Shown: positions 40,197 through 52,338, numbered from the stretch's first letter. The stretch is DNA of 64,000 nt from Octopus vulgaris (GCA_951406725.2 OX597833.1:31806001-31870000), one strand, 5' to 3'. A program made the numbers and translations. The notes: generated from the sequence alone by a model not told the origin.

Positions 40197-42326
40197 CTTA
40201 CCTTCGTCTGAGTTAGACGTGTTTTTTTGCTGCTCCAGATGTCGTGTTGTTTCAACGCGAAATATTGAACTTTCGTCTCGACTAAAGGTAGGAATTTTGT
40301 GTTTTTGTGAGTTTAGTGAAGCTTTATTGCTTGCATGAATGTTTTTTAACATTTAATATTTTTTAGCAAGTAATAAGGCTCCACTTTTCTCCGAATGTAA
40401 TTTTTCTGCCTGTGTCGAGCGAAAGAAATTGTATTTTTGAAGCGGCTTGGTCCGACTGAAGAGATTATTGTGAAATCGTCATTGTGTGTCCACGGGATTA
40501 CCAAGGATTGTTTACCAAGGGTCTTACCAATGCATTTGGCACGGATTACATTCTGGCCGAAGAAGTGAGAAAAAAAAGAAAACTGAATTCCTTTGCCTAA
40601 TTTGAACTCTCTTTCTCTTCTATCATTTATTTGTTAAAAACTTTTTTGAACTGCCATTTTTATTTTTTCTTCCCTTCTGTTACATTTTTATTCTCCTTTC
40701 TGTGGCTAAATTTAGTTATTATTGAACTATTGTATTTTACGTTATGGCGAAGGCAAGGAATTTTACTGTGTGGGAGTTGGCACCTCCCAAAAAATATTTA
40801 CATGATCTTGAGGAAAGAACCGTGGTGCTGAGAACATTTTCAAAGGTACTCGACACCATAATGGTCTTTCCGAGAGATACCATTGAGAACGAGCTGGCAG
40901 ATATGCCAGCCGTTAAACATATACAACGGGGGTCAAGTACGCAACGGTCTGGTTGCTATTTGACTCCGCCGAAGAAGCTTGCAAATGTGCAAGCCAGCCC
41001 ATTGAGGGCAATGAAATTCTGTTTCTCCCCAGTTACAGGGGGGAAAAACTGTTACGTTTGTGGGTCTGTGGCCTGCCGCCTGGCTTTGAACCCGAGTGGA
41101 TAGAAGACTCTATCCGCCGGGGGCTGGGTGACAGGGACGCCAAGATCCTCAACGTTAAAATGCAGCCTGCGGCTAACTGGGAAGGGTCAAAGGCCACTTT
41201 GACTCTGTGGACCCAGTCGGCCAAGAGTCTGGTTTTTCCGGACTTCCTGAAGATGGCCGGGTCCAGGTACCCGGTGATGCTTGAGGGACGCGCCCCCAAG
41301 TGTCACCGGTGCTCGGAGCCTGGACATATTAAGAAGAAGTGTCCCGGGGGCCGTGGTGCCGCCCCGGAACATGAAAAGGAAAAGGTGCCCGCCGTCCCCT
41401 CATTGGAGGGGGAGACGGTGGAAGTCGTGGAGGAGGTTGCCTCCACGAAAAGAAAGAGGCTGGCAAGCAACAATGGTTGCCCACCAAAGAACGCTCAGGG
41501 GGCGGAGGGGGATAGCAATCCCCCGTGTCTGGTGACGGAGTCCCCTGGGTTAGCAGTCTCCCCCAAAAGAAGGAGGAGAAAAAGGAGAGGTCGGACGTCT
41601 GACGTTTCTGTGTCGCCGACGGAGCCGCGGGTGGGATGTGTGCCACCCGCGGACAAGGCTCCGCCAGTAGGAAGTGAGCCACTGGAGGTCCCTTCCTGTG
41701 AAGAGGAGATGCTTCTCCTCCTCTACCACAAGGGAGAGGAGGTGGAAGATTTCTTGAATGGCTTGAGCGACCGAGAGCGCAAGGGCGCGGTCGGCTCAAG
41801 AAATCCGTTATGGCCTCCGCGGGTAGCTGCGGAAAGGGTAACGGAGGCTATCTTATCAAGGGTCGCAGAGACCTTTGAAAGAAGGCACTTTACCTTTCTC
41901 TTCGCAGGCCCCGACTTGTCGTCGCAGAGTTGTCTGCAGGCGGCAAGACAATTTGCTTCGGGGACCTGACGGGGAGAATTGTTAAACACTTTTTGAACAT
42001 TTTGAACATTTTTAAACATGTTGAAGAGGAGGTTTATCACCTCGTCTGAAAAAATGTAATTTGAACATTTTGAACATTTTTGAACATTTTACTAAATGTA
42101 TTCATTGAACACTGTTATTTTCTGAAATTTTTGAATTTTGAATTTTGTAAAATTTAAAAACATTGTAAAAAGAACATTGTATTAGAGAAGCAGAGGTCGA
42201 CGGGCGCTTCTGACTTCTCCCATCACCATTTTCATCCACCACCACCATCATCCATTAATGTCCTTGTCCAGCCCGGAGCTACCGCTACCTCTGTGTGATG
42301 CCCTAAGTGGCAAATAAAATAAAATA
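40197..42326 (+). mobile_element. ORF1-only non-LTR retroelement (HAL1-like, Tx1/L1-related)
   Basis: TSD aagtagctt (40188-40196 / 42327-42335) inside a family-A SINE head; about 545-bp 5' UTR, ORF1, about 340-bp 3' UTR and (AAAAT)n tail. No endonuclease or RT motifs seen. Confidence 0.8.
40744..41969 (+). CDS. Tx1/L1-type ORF1 (gag-like, zinc knuckle), with one frameshift at the G-run near 40928-40932
   Basis: CHRCSEPGHIKKKC (CX2CX4HX4C). Aligns by eye with the ORF1 at 50200-52101 (PDF...EGRAPKC versus PDF...EGRKPKC; ANWEG versus KNWLG). Basic KRRRRKRR motif. Confidence 0.8.
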
Positions 42327-42346
42327 AAGTAGCTTACTTACCAGCC

Positions 42347-42417
<71 letters not shown>

Positions 42418-42639
42418 AACAGACAGACTAAAAGAGAGGAACTATTACAGAGAATGAGAGAGAATATGTGTAAGCAAGAGAAACAGAGAATAAGAAAAGG
42501 AGAGAGAAGAGAGAAATAAACAAAGAGAGAGAGAAAAGGGAGAGTCGATTGAAAAATGCAGAAAAGGGAGAGAATTGGTTGAAAACTGAAGTTTTTTTAG
42601 AAAAATCCGCGTAAAACACCTTTTTTCCTGGTTTCTCGC

Positions 42640-42794
42640 TTTATGCGGGAGCTCAGGGCAAAATATTATAGTTGATTACCATCCTTGGCACATAAGTAAT
42701 GTGTGTACAAAGTTTGGTGAAAATTGGTTGAAAACTGTAGAAATGCATATGTACTATACACACACAGACACATCCTTTGTTTTATATATAGAGA
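42640..42794 (-). mobile_element. Helitron-type 5' terminus
   Basis: Minus strand A|TCTCTATATATAAAACAAAGGATGTGTCTGTGTG...caaccaattttcaccaaactt, similar to the 8112 terminus. Confidence 0.6.
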
Positions 42795-45289
42795 TATTTC
42801 TCTCATCATTTATAACTTGATATATGTGCACACACAATCAACAGTTAAGCTTTACGTACACACATGCATACATATATACATACACATAAACACACAAATA
42901 TATATATATGCATGCATGTGTGTGTAACAATTTATGTAACATTTCATTTTGTAACAGAGAGAGGGAAAGCAGAAACAATGACAGCCCAACAACGATTGCA
43001 AATACACCGATACACTGATGTGTGTGCGTGCGCGCACACAGAAAAATGCAAGTACTTCTCAATTTATAAATGTACATATTGGTTGACGGATAGAAGCACG
43101 CGTCAACATTCATCTAAAGATTGCACTCTTGCAAATGTTAATAGCATAATTATACAGATGAGAAAAAAAATTGTGTTGAGGTGACTCAAAAATTATTCAG
43201 ATATAAATAAGAATAGAGAGAAGAAATGAAGAACGAAGAAGGGAGATACACAAGGAAAAGCGAACAAATAGAAAGGGTTAGAAGTATACGCTCTCGCAGA
43301 TGCAGGTAGCGATAAAGATCGATAAAGATGAGTGAGACATGAACAAAAGTAAGCATGAATGAGGAGACAGAGAAATTCAGAGTGAAAGAGTTTGGGCGGT
43401 AGAGAGGTAAAAAATTGGAATGTAAAGGAGAAAATGAGGGAGATCGTATTAAACATTCTAATGGAAGAAATCTTTCTCCATTCTTAAGGAAAATAAATAA
43501 TGTACAGAGACCAAGTCAGCTCTGACCGAGTAGATCTATGAACGAATACGTTACAGATTGTGGCTATTTCAGCTTATTTATCTAGCACTGCATTATCTAA
43601 TGTTCCTTTCCTGATTTCAAAAGATGTTATAGGACTTGAAGATTTGGCTACTATTCCTAATAAAGTAAACGATAATAATTTTAATCATGAAAAGTACGAT
43701 AAAGAGAAGAGAGTGAAGAATGATTTTTTTCAAAATGCGAATTATAAATGCTTCGGAATGTGGAATACTATAAAATGTCGAAAAAAATGAAAAAGAAAAA
43801 AAAATTTAATCGTGACGCGATGAATGGAGGTTGAGACGTTTGAAAAACATGGACTAAAATATTTTAAATGAATATCCTCTCCCCACTTAGTGTTTTAAGA
43901 CGTGAGATACTATAAAATATGGAAAATTCCGAAACTAATTCCGGTTGCTGTGTGACAGCTATTCTGAAAGTTCGTATAAGAACGGATTGTTGGAAAGAGA
44001 AAAGGTTACAAGAGGAGAAGGGGGAAAGATCGATAGGAAACTAGGTTTGGGCAGGAAATATGTGGAGTTAAGTTACTATTCTAGAAAGACTGAAACTCTA
44101 ATTTCTCAAATGCTGCTATGAAGTAGAATCTGAACATTCGATCCTTGTCGTTTTTCTCAAATTCTCTCATTCATTTTCACTATTTTCTCTCTCCATTCCT
44201 CTTTCTCTCATATTACCTCATGTCTTTTTCTAATTCCCTATTCCTTTTTCATCTCTTTCTTTTTCCTCTGTTTATATCTCCCTGTCTTAGTTTTTCCTTT
44301 CTTTCAATCTAACTTTTATGTACAGGTGTAAATAAACTTTCTTTGACCTTTGACCCCCAATCCCACTACATTTCAATAGTCCCATTGTGTGTAATTAAAC
44401 CTACAACGACAAGTCACAGACCGATTTAATTTCTACCCTTGTTTGCCTATCGACTCCAATCTTTATCTATCGCCCATTCCTACCATCATATTGTTACCGC
44501 CATTTCCCCACTACCCACGCAAAAAAATATGGAGTCTCGTTGGTGTAGAAATAATAACTGAATCCCCTTTAAATTACGCCCAGTCAATTTAAAGATACAC
44601 TGGACAATGTTATGCCAGTCTGATGTTAAAAAAGGCCAATTGTCATGGGTGGGACTAAACAACTACAACAGCTTTCCGATTCTCTCCGTCTACCTTCTAC
44701 ATCATATACACTACTCCTTACCCTATCAAAAGTAACTGTTTTGGCGATCTTAAGCAATATAAAATGGTTGACTACAAAGTGATAGGAAGTGAGTGAGAAG
44801 CTCATTATATATATCCTGTATGTGTGTAGATGAAATATTCTCATACACTCATAATTTCCTGTTTTCAAGATCAGAAATAGTGACAAGAGTTTTAAACAGT
44901 TATTAGTTTTACCTTAAGTTATACATGATATAGGTATCATGTAAACCAATGAAAACCAACGACCAATCCTACTTGGAGAAGAGGTAGGCATCACTAGGTT
45001 GACTGCCACTGAAATATACTGCTGTACACATATGGCCTCCTTGACTACGGATTTGGGATTGACTAATAGCAATCTGAAAAACTTAATTAAGTATCGTTTA
45101 TTAATTTGGTATGGAATGGTAGAGCATTAACCCCCCCCCCCCCCGAAAAAACAAAACAAACCTTGCAGTATTTATCTACGAGCCCTATATGCTCTAAGTT
45201 CAAATTCCGCTGAAGCCAATTTCATCTTTCATCCTTTTTTACTCAATAAAGGGACAAGAATTGGCGAATGTAAAGCGCGTGCACTGCGG

Positions 45290-46240
45290 TTTTTTTTCCT
45301 CAAAAAATTTCTTCGGATTTCTAGGTTTTCGATATAGGAGAATACGATTTTGCCCAAAATCACGTTTGCAAAATTTTAATTACCCCCTCCCCATCCCTTT
45401 TTCTTAATTTTTAACTTTTTCGAATTTTGTTTTTTAATCCATGTAGAAAAATACAGAGATTACGAATCTGGGAATTTTTTTTAATTTAAAATTTTCTTAA
45501 AGAAACACGCAATGCCCCTTCCCTTACCTCGCCTACCCATCACCTCTCCACTTTCAAAAAGCTAAAAACTCTGTTTTACTTTCGTTTGATATTAGTTTTA
45601 CCTTGCGTAGAATTCTATTGAAATAGCAGATGTCAAAAATATCAGACCACCACCAGAAAACCCAACATGCTAGAAACAACAGCTAAAGGACATTATTTCT
45701 GAAAAAAAAACTTCCCTACTTTCAAAAAAGCTAAAAGTGAAATATTCGGAGTTTTTAGCTTTTTGAAAGGTAGGGGGGGGGGAGTTGGGGTAGGGGATTT
45801 GAGTGTTTCTTTAAGAAAAATAAATTAAAAAATTCTCAAAGATTAATAATCTCTGTATTTTTCTATGTGGATCACTAAAAAAAATTTGAAAAAAGCTAAA
45901 AATTTAAAAATTGGGGTGGGGAGGGGGAAATGAAAAATTTGAAAACATGTTTTTGGGGCAAACATAGAAATCCAAAGAAATTTTGGAAAAAAAAAAGGAT
46001 GGGGGTGCAAATGTCACACCCAAGATGTTAGAAACAACAGCTAAATGACACAATTTCTGAAAAAACTTCCTTTTAAGTTTATATCGAAGATCAGGTTTTA
46101 AATATGCTCATCACAAACACGAATTACAAAATAAAGAAATGGTCATTTCAATTGAGCTGTAATTTTATCTCTTTCTCTCACTTTTTCATTAGAATGTATC
46201 ATGGCACTATGTTGTCACCAAAATGTTAAAACTGACTGAA
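45290..46240. repeat. Left arm of a diverged inverted repeat of about 0.95 kb (mate 61610-62520)
   Basis: For example aatagcagatgtcaaaaatatcagaccaccaccagaaaacccaacatgctagaaac (45622-45677) versus its reverse complement at 62158-62212; colinear along the arm. Confidence 0.85.
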
Positions 46241-46724
46241 GCACGTACTAAAACTCCTCATAACTTTATTTTTAAGAATTTTCAGAAATTTCTTTTCGAT
46301 TCTGTCTACTGCATAATGGAATTAATACAATTATCTAATAACATTTTTTAAGTATTTCCCCACCCTACCCCACTAATTCAAAAACTTACCACTGTTCTTC
46401 GATTCTTAAAAATATTTTTGGTTTTAAATAATAATAATAATCAATTCTTTTTTATTGGCCACAAGGGCTGACACGCATGATTACATAAAGGGACAAGACA
46501 GGACGAAAGGTTACAAAGGGTTTTGCCGTTTTTTTAAAAACATCGAGTAAAAATCTTTATAACAACTTATAAAATTCAACAATAAAAAACTTCCAAAAGT
46601 GGGAGACGTCTCGAAAGGTTCCTGGTGGAAAAAAACCCTACAAAAGCCAACGGGAGCCTGGTCAAAAAAAGGGGGTGTAGAGAGTCCCCTTTCTTCTCCT
46701 TTTACATTACCTTTTTCTTTGAAA

Positions 46725-49700
46725 TCACAGGCGAAACCTGAGAACTGGTCCATTTATACAGGCCAGTCTCGCACAATTCACCCACCTTTCATAAAACTTG
46801 CTATCGGACAGCACTTTCCTCTCTAACCTCATCTTCCTTTTCAAGTGAAACTTGAAAAAGTTGATGAGGCCTTGACCAAAGAGGAAAGTGTCTGACTTTA
46901 GCCCTTTCAAACGAGTCCACCACACAACTTCTTTCGCCACAGCCACAAGGCACAAGAAAACGGCCTCGCCCTCCTTGTTAAAGGAGGTCGGCGGGGCAAT
47001 CTTCACAATGGATTCGGCCGATAGTCGGATCCGTCCTACACGTGACAGTAGCTGTTCGACATAAACCCATATATCAGCAATACTCGGGCACTGGACGAGT
47101 GCGTGCAGAACGGTTTCATCGTCCTGGCAACACCTCGGGCAGGCCCGGCTGACGGCACTTCCGTGCCGGTAGAGTTTATCTCGAACAGGCAGAGCCCCTC
47201 GGTAGCACTGCCAGGCGAGAGACCTCTGGAAATTATCCATCGGCCCCGGCCCGAAAGTCCTCCCGAACAGACCGCTCAGTTCGTCGTCTTCAACGCCTAG
47301 AGTTTCCCCGAGAACGTCGTCGCATTTTTCCTCCACTAACCCTCTATAGAACGCTAGAGTGGAGCTGTAACCGACCGCATTGCCCGCCTGGTGGAGGGCG
47401 GAGAGGGCTTGACGGCACTCGAGGTGCCAAGCGCCCTTTCTCGGTCTACGTTTGATCCAGGTCTGCAGCTCCGTCAAAGAGACGAGCTGCGGAAAATCGC
47501 GTCTGACAAAAGACGACCACACCTGTTCACCGTCTAGGAAGCGCTTGAGATGCCGCAGCCTGAGCGCATGTCTGCGCAACAGCAACCACGGCATTCCAAG
47601 GCCTCCGTTCAGCGGTCGTTGACAGCAGATGGATCGCCTGACCAGTGGCACCTGACCCTTCCACAAAAAGTCGAAGAGCAGACGTACCAGCTTGGCCAAC
47701 CAGCGGTCGGGACAAGGGACGACGGTCAAGCGGTAATAGATGACGGATGCGATGTACGCATTCGCCACCTCCGCTCGACCTTTCAGGGACAGCTTCCTCT
47801 CGGCCCATTTCTGGGTGAGACGTGCCACCCTGCTCGTCACCTCTTCCCAGTTCTTATCCACCTGGAGGTCCGGACCGAACCAGACCCCGAGCAGTTTAAC
47901 GGGTCCGTCTGTCCAGCGCCCTACGACGCTGTTGGACGGCATGGGCTTGCCTCTCCAGGTGCCCAGTTGCAAGCCCACAGACTTTTCCGCGTTAATCTTT
48001 GCCCCTGTCACCGCTTCGTACTGGTTTAGCGTCTCGCCAATCAGGCCAATGTGCCTGTGGCTCGACACCACCACGGTGACGTCGTCGGCATAGGCAGACA
48101 CGCTGTTTCCGCCTCCTAGATCGCGCGGGATACCCCTCAAAGCCTCCAACTTGCGCAGTAATGGCTCGAGAGTCAAAATGTACAAGAGGGAGGAGAGAGG
48201 GCATCCTTGGCGGACCGAACGCGAGATGTCGAACGGTTCCGAAAGGTGACCGTTCACCCGTATCACTGAGCAGATGTTGCTGTATAAAGCAGCGATCCAC
48301 CCGCGGAAGACTGGACCGAAGCCGGCTGCCCTGAGGACAGCTGCCAGGTACCGATGGTCGACCCTATCGAAGGCTTTACTCTGATCCAAGTTGATCAAAG
48401 CCCCACCCGCGCCAGCGTCGTTACCCACCCTCTCTATGATGTAGCGCATGAGATGGAGGTTGTCGTGTATCGACCTGGTCGGCACGGCGCATGTCTGCGT
48501 CTCGCCGACCAGCTTGTCCACGACAAGCGCCAATCTCTTGGCTAGCACCTTGGCCAAAATCTTCAACTCTGCATTGAGCAGAGTGATGGGCCGGAAATTC
48601 CCTATAACGTTCCCCTTGTTTGGGTCCTTCTTTAGCAAAGCCACCACCCCTCGACAGACAAAAGCAGGAATTCTCCCGTTTTGCTGCCAGTTGCAGTAGA
48701 CGTTTGCCAACAGGTCCGCAAACAAGTCTGGCATTGAAAAGTAAAGCTCGTAGGGCAGACCATCCAAACCCGGCGATCTACCTCTCGTGCAACTCTTCAT
48801 CGCTTCCTGTACTTCCCAGGCAGATATCGGTCCTTCGCAGCACTCTGCCTCGCTGTCCGAGAGTTGCGGCAGTCCGTCCAGGTACACACCGAAGTCTGTA
48901 CCGTTGGTGTCCGTTCCACCGCTCGTCCCAAACAGTTGAGCAAAGTGCCGCTGAAGCACCGTACACATCTGCTTCGGTTGGGTAACCTCGCGCCCGTTCT
49001 GGTCCACCAAAGACCGAATGGTTGCTCTGTTGCCTCGCTTCGCCTCCGCCACGCGGGCCCATCGAGCGGCTCTAGTCCCCTCCCCGCTTAGCGAACGTGC
49101 CTTAGCTCTGACAACGCAGCCTTCGTGTTTGGCGTCGAAGTGTTGGTCGAGGGCCAACCTTGCCACCAACACGTCGGTCGCGATGCCAGTGTCAAGAGCC
49201 TCGTCTAGTTTCTTAACTAAATCCCGCTCTCTCTTCCTACGTTCAATAGCTAGAGTCTTACTATACCTAATCGACTCTACTCTAATTGCTCTCTTGAGGG
49301 CAAACCACCAGTTGTTGTTGATGATTGCCCCCGTGAGCGCCCGCTTAACTAGTAAACTAATCCGGTCTCTGTAAGCTTTGCACGCCGTTAACGACGCGTT
49401 CAGCTTCCAGTAGCCGGGTCCCTGTCTATGTAGCCTATCTAAGTCGACCGTACAGATCACTAATTTGTGGTCCGTATATTCGACTAGGTAGAATTGTGGA
49501 CACCCTACGCTGTCCTTATCCGCTGGCCTACAAAACACTCTATCTAAGTACGATCTAGACGACCCGATGCGGTTTGTCCAAGTCCACATTGGCACATTCG
49601 GGTTGTCTAGTCGAAACCTGTCGGACAGCTGAAAGCGGCCGAGTAGGTTGGCGAGGCTCTTGCACCCTCCCCCTCTCCTAACAGACGCTCCCCTGCCCAC

Positions 49701-50159
49701 CCGATCGAAACGTTCGTCTAAGACAGCGTTCCAATCCCCAACTAGTACTAGAGTGCGTGACGTTCCCAGGAAAACTTCCAGACGTTTGAAATAATCCGAC
49801 TGCCCTGCTCCTGTCGGAGCGTAGGCAGCCAGCAGTCTGAAAGCACCGCCGTCACTACCGTCGACGTCGAGGACCACCAACTTACCTTCCGGATCCAAGA
49901 AGACTGTCCTTATTTTCAGGTCCAGGCCCTTCCGAAACAACACCGCAGTACCACCACCGCCCGCTCCCGGCCGACACGGAGATAGAAATATCTCGTATCC
50001 GCCGAAAAGGGCTGCGAGTTCCTGCGGGTCGGAGAGCCTGGTTTCACTGATGGCTGCTACATCCACATCATGAAACCTCAGGTCGTTTAACAGGTGACCC
50101 TGTTTCCAAGGTGACCCGAGGCCTCTCACATTCAAGCAACCGATTCTAAGATTTGCCAT
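46725..50159 (-). CDS. LINE ORF2: APE endonuclease, reverse transcriptase and CCHC zinc finger (1144 aa)
   Basis: CLNVRGL, ISET, VGDWN, SYLDR, TDH; GPGYWKLN; SPGLDGL, FRPITLLN, DQSKAFDRV, RQGCPLS, YADD; CPRC....ETVLHALVQC. Confidence 0.97.
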   Translation of the reverse strand: MANLRIGCLNVRGLGSPWKQGHLLNDLRFHDVDVAAISETRLSDPQELAALFGGYEIFLSPCRPGAGGGGTAVLFRKGLDLKIRTVFLDPEGKLVVLDVDGSDGGAFRLLAAYAPTGAGQSDYFKRLEVFLGTSRTLVLVGDWNAVLDERFDRVGRGASVRRGGGCKSLANLLGRFQLSDRFRLDNPNVPMWTWTNRIGSSRSYLDRVFCRPADKDSVGCPQFYLVEYTDHKLVICTVDLDRLHRQGPGYWKLNASLTACKAYRDRISLLVKRALTGAIINNNWWFALKRAIRVESIRYSKTLAIERRKRERDLVKKLDEALDTGIATDVLVARLALDQHFDAKHEGCVVRAKARSLSGEGTRAARWARVAEAKRGNRATIRSLVDQNGREVTQPKQMCTVLQRHFAQLFGTSGGTDTNGTDFGVYLDGLPQLSDSEAECCEGPISAWEVQEAMKSCTRGRSPGLDGLPYELYFSMPDLFADLLANVYCNWQQNGRIPAFVCRGVVALLKKDPNKGNVIGNFRPITLLNAELKILAKVLAKRLALVVDKLVGETQTCAVPTRSIHDNLHLMRYIIERVGNDAGAGGALINLDQSKAFDRVDHRYLAAVLRAAGFGPVFRGWIAALYSNICSVIRVNGHLSEPFDISRSVRQGCPLSSLLYILTLEPLLRKLEALRGIPRDLGGGNSVSAYADDVTVVVSSHRHIGLIGETLNQYEAVTGAKINAEKSVGLQLGTWRGKPMPSNSVVGRWTDGPVKLLGVWFGPDLQVDKNWEEVTSRVARLTQKWAERKLSLKGRAEVANAYIASVIYYRLTVVPCPDRWLAKLVRLLFDFLWKGQVPLVRRSICCQRPLNGGLGMPWLLLRRHALRLRHLKRFLDGEQVWSSFVRRDFPQLVSLTELQTWIKRRPRKGAWHLECRQALSALHQAGNAVGYSSTLAFYRGLVEEKCDDVLGETLGVEDDELSGLFGRTFGPGPMDNFQRSLAWQCYRGALPVRDKLYRHGSAVSRACPRCCQDDETVLHALVQCPSIADIWVYVEQLLSRVGRIRLSAESIVKIAPPTSFNKEGEAVFLCLVAVAKEVVWWTRLKGLKSDTFLFGQGLINFFKFHLKRKMRLERKVLSDSKFYERWVNCARLACINGPVLRFRL

Positions 50160-50199
50160 GTTTCAAAAGTTAGGGGAAAAAAAAAGGAGAAAAAAGGCT

Positions 50200-51025
50200 C
50201 TACTTACTGTTGTTGGTGGTGGGGGTGGCTCCCTTGTGCTTTTGCACGGGTGCTTCAATAATATTTTTGTAAAGTTTCTGAGAGAAACTTTTCCCTAGCG
50301 ATCCCACATCGTTAGGGAATATTTGTTTTATTTCGTTGTAAACTGTTTTGTTTATTTTTATTGTGAGAATGTGTGCTGGTGGTGTGTTGTGTGTAGGTAT
50401 TATGAAATCTGTAATGTTTGTGCTTGTTTTGTTTTTCAAATACTCAACCAGTTCCTGGTTTCTTGTATTCACTGCTGTAATCGTGTCTGTAATTGTGTCT
50501 GTGTTTGTTTGTGTCTGTGGTAGTGGCAGTAGTGGTGTCGAAAGTGTTGTTGTTGTTGTTGTTTGTTGTTGTGAGTGTGTGTTGTTGTTGATGTTGTTGT
50601 TGATGTTGGGAAGTACTATTTGTTCGTGCTTCCCCTGTAAATCTTTTTGTTTTTTCCTCCTTTTCTTTTTTGGAGGCACTATGTTCCATTCTCCTTTGTT
50701 GGAATCAGAGCTCGCACAATCCGAGATCTCTTCATCCGGCAAAGGAATGGTTGAGGGGTCTGCTTCAGTAGCAGGACGAAAAGTTTTTGGTTCCGCCGGT
50801 ATCGGTGGTGCCGCTGCTCCTGTTACTGTTGATGTCGCTGCTGTCGACCTTCGAGGTACTGGTGTCGGTGTTGGTTTGGTGGTGGTTGTCGGTGTTGGTT
50901 TGGTGGTGGTTGTTGTTGTTGGAGGTGGTGTTGTTCGTCTTGGTGCTGGTGTTGGTGATGGTGTTGGTGGTGTGGCAGCCTTTGGTTTTTCTTGCTGTTT
51001 TTGTTGTTTCTGTTGTTGTTGCTTG

Positions 51026-51059
<34 letters not shown>

Positions 51060-52101
51060 GCTGCTGCTGCTGCCTCTTGCTGAAAGCCTCCATCCTCTTT
51101 TTGTGAATGGGACAGTCCCTCTTTAAGTGGCTTTCGCTGCTGCAGAGGAAACATTTTGGCTTTCGCCCCTCCACAGCAACGTTTAGCCTGGTGCCGTCCG
51201 GCAAACTTACGAAATCAGGGACTTTACTTATATTCTCTTGCTGAATTTGCGCAAGAAGCAGCACTCCCATCCCCAACCAGTTTTTCGCCCTCACTCTCCT
51301 GACATCTAGAATGGTGGTAGTGTCCTCTATATCATAGAGGACAGCTGCCACCAGCCATGACATATCTAGCTCAGGGGGTGCGAGGTCGATTTTTATTTTT
51401 GTTACTCTTCGCCCGAGGTGGGTTGGAACTAGTAACAAATTCTCAGTTTGCAAGGGCGAAATGGTGTTCGCCCTTGCAAGCTCCTCTGTTGGGAAGCGAA
51501 CCTCCACGGTTCCAAAACGCTTCCCCTTGGTTACGTAGCTCTTTTGGGCCCAAATGGGCTTTAGAGCTATCTCCAACTGTTGGGGTGTGGCATTTGTTAT
51601 TCTTTTTAGTTTTCTGTCGAAAACTTTGTAAATGATTGTTTTTTTGTTGGTGTTTTCAATCACCTCTTGTGGAGTATTGAGGAAGATGCCATTGCCATCC
51701 TTCCTCAACAATTCCTTCGCTCTTTTCACATCTTCTAGAGTTATCTTAACTTCCTCCGAAATTTGCTTCGCAGCAGAAGCAAAATTATTGGAAGTTTTTT
51801 CTTTTATCTCCGTGTCAATGTTTGTGATGATTTTTGTATTTGTTGTTTTTCCCTCCTCCTTCCGTACCAAAGCATTGGGTGAAGGCAGAGGGGGAAAATC
51901 AAGAGTGACGTCGAACGCGACGTCCTGGCTTGCATTCTCCTTTTGAACCGAGCGCGTGCTCTCCGGTTCGGAAGGAGGAGCTTTGTTGCCTTTTACGGCC
52001 TGAAATGGGTTGTTCGCAACCCGTGACGTTATTTTTTTTTGTTCTTGTGGTGGGGGTGTTGCAAGAAGGAGGGAAGAGCCAGCAGCTCGTTTCAGTGACA
52101 T
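50200..52101 (-). CDS. LINE ORF1 (633 aa from the first ATG): zinc knuckle, poly-Q and P/T-rich linker
   Basis: First in-frame ATG at 52101 (MSLKR...), CFLCSSESHLKRDC, PKKKRRKK. Confidence 0.92.
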
Positions 52102-52338
52102 TTTGTAATGTGTGTGTGCAAAAAATGTCAATTTCAAAAGGATAGACAGTAATTTCACCCCGAATGGGGCAAAATTTCGCCCAACCGACGAGCTCCGCAA
52201 GAAGCCGGTCGGTTTGGCTACAAAAATATTAAAAAATATTCAAACTTATCAAATGAATTCCAATGAAATTGGTGTCAAATTCACGGAGCTGATTCACGTA
52301 CGTCCATCGGCGTCGGAAGGAATAATAATAATAATAAT

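Larger units (their letters stand above)
46442..52320 (-). mobile_element. Full-length, apparently intact Tx1/L1-clade LINE (copy A)
   Basis: 5' ccttccgacgccgatggacgtacg, ORF1, 40-nt spacer, ORF2, and 3' UTR ending gcccttgtggccaataaaaaaagaattg; (ATT)n on both sides. Confidence 0.95.

Noticed and set aside
533-43184. Many YIYI/VCVC/HTHT/SLSL ORFs in the track
   Set aside because: They are translations of (TA)n, (TG)n, (CA)n and (TC)n microsatellites.
47103-49374. Plus-strand ORFs overlapping ORF2
   Set aside because: Expected by chance opposite a GC-rich coding sequence; no recognisable motifs.
50348-51106. 252-aa poly-Cys/Val ORF (and its counterpart at 54528-55133)
   Set aside because: Antisense shadow of the poly-Q/Thr region of LINE ORF1.
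52102-52200. 666-aa ORF1 start given in the track
   Set aside because: It uses a TTG start; the first ATG at 52101 is the plausible eukaryotic start.
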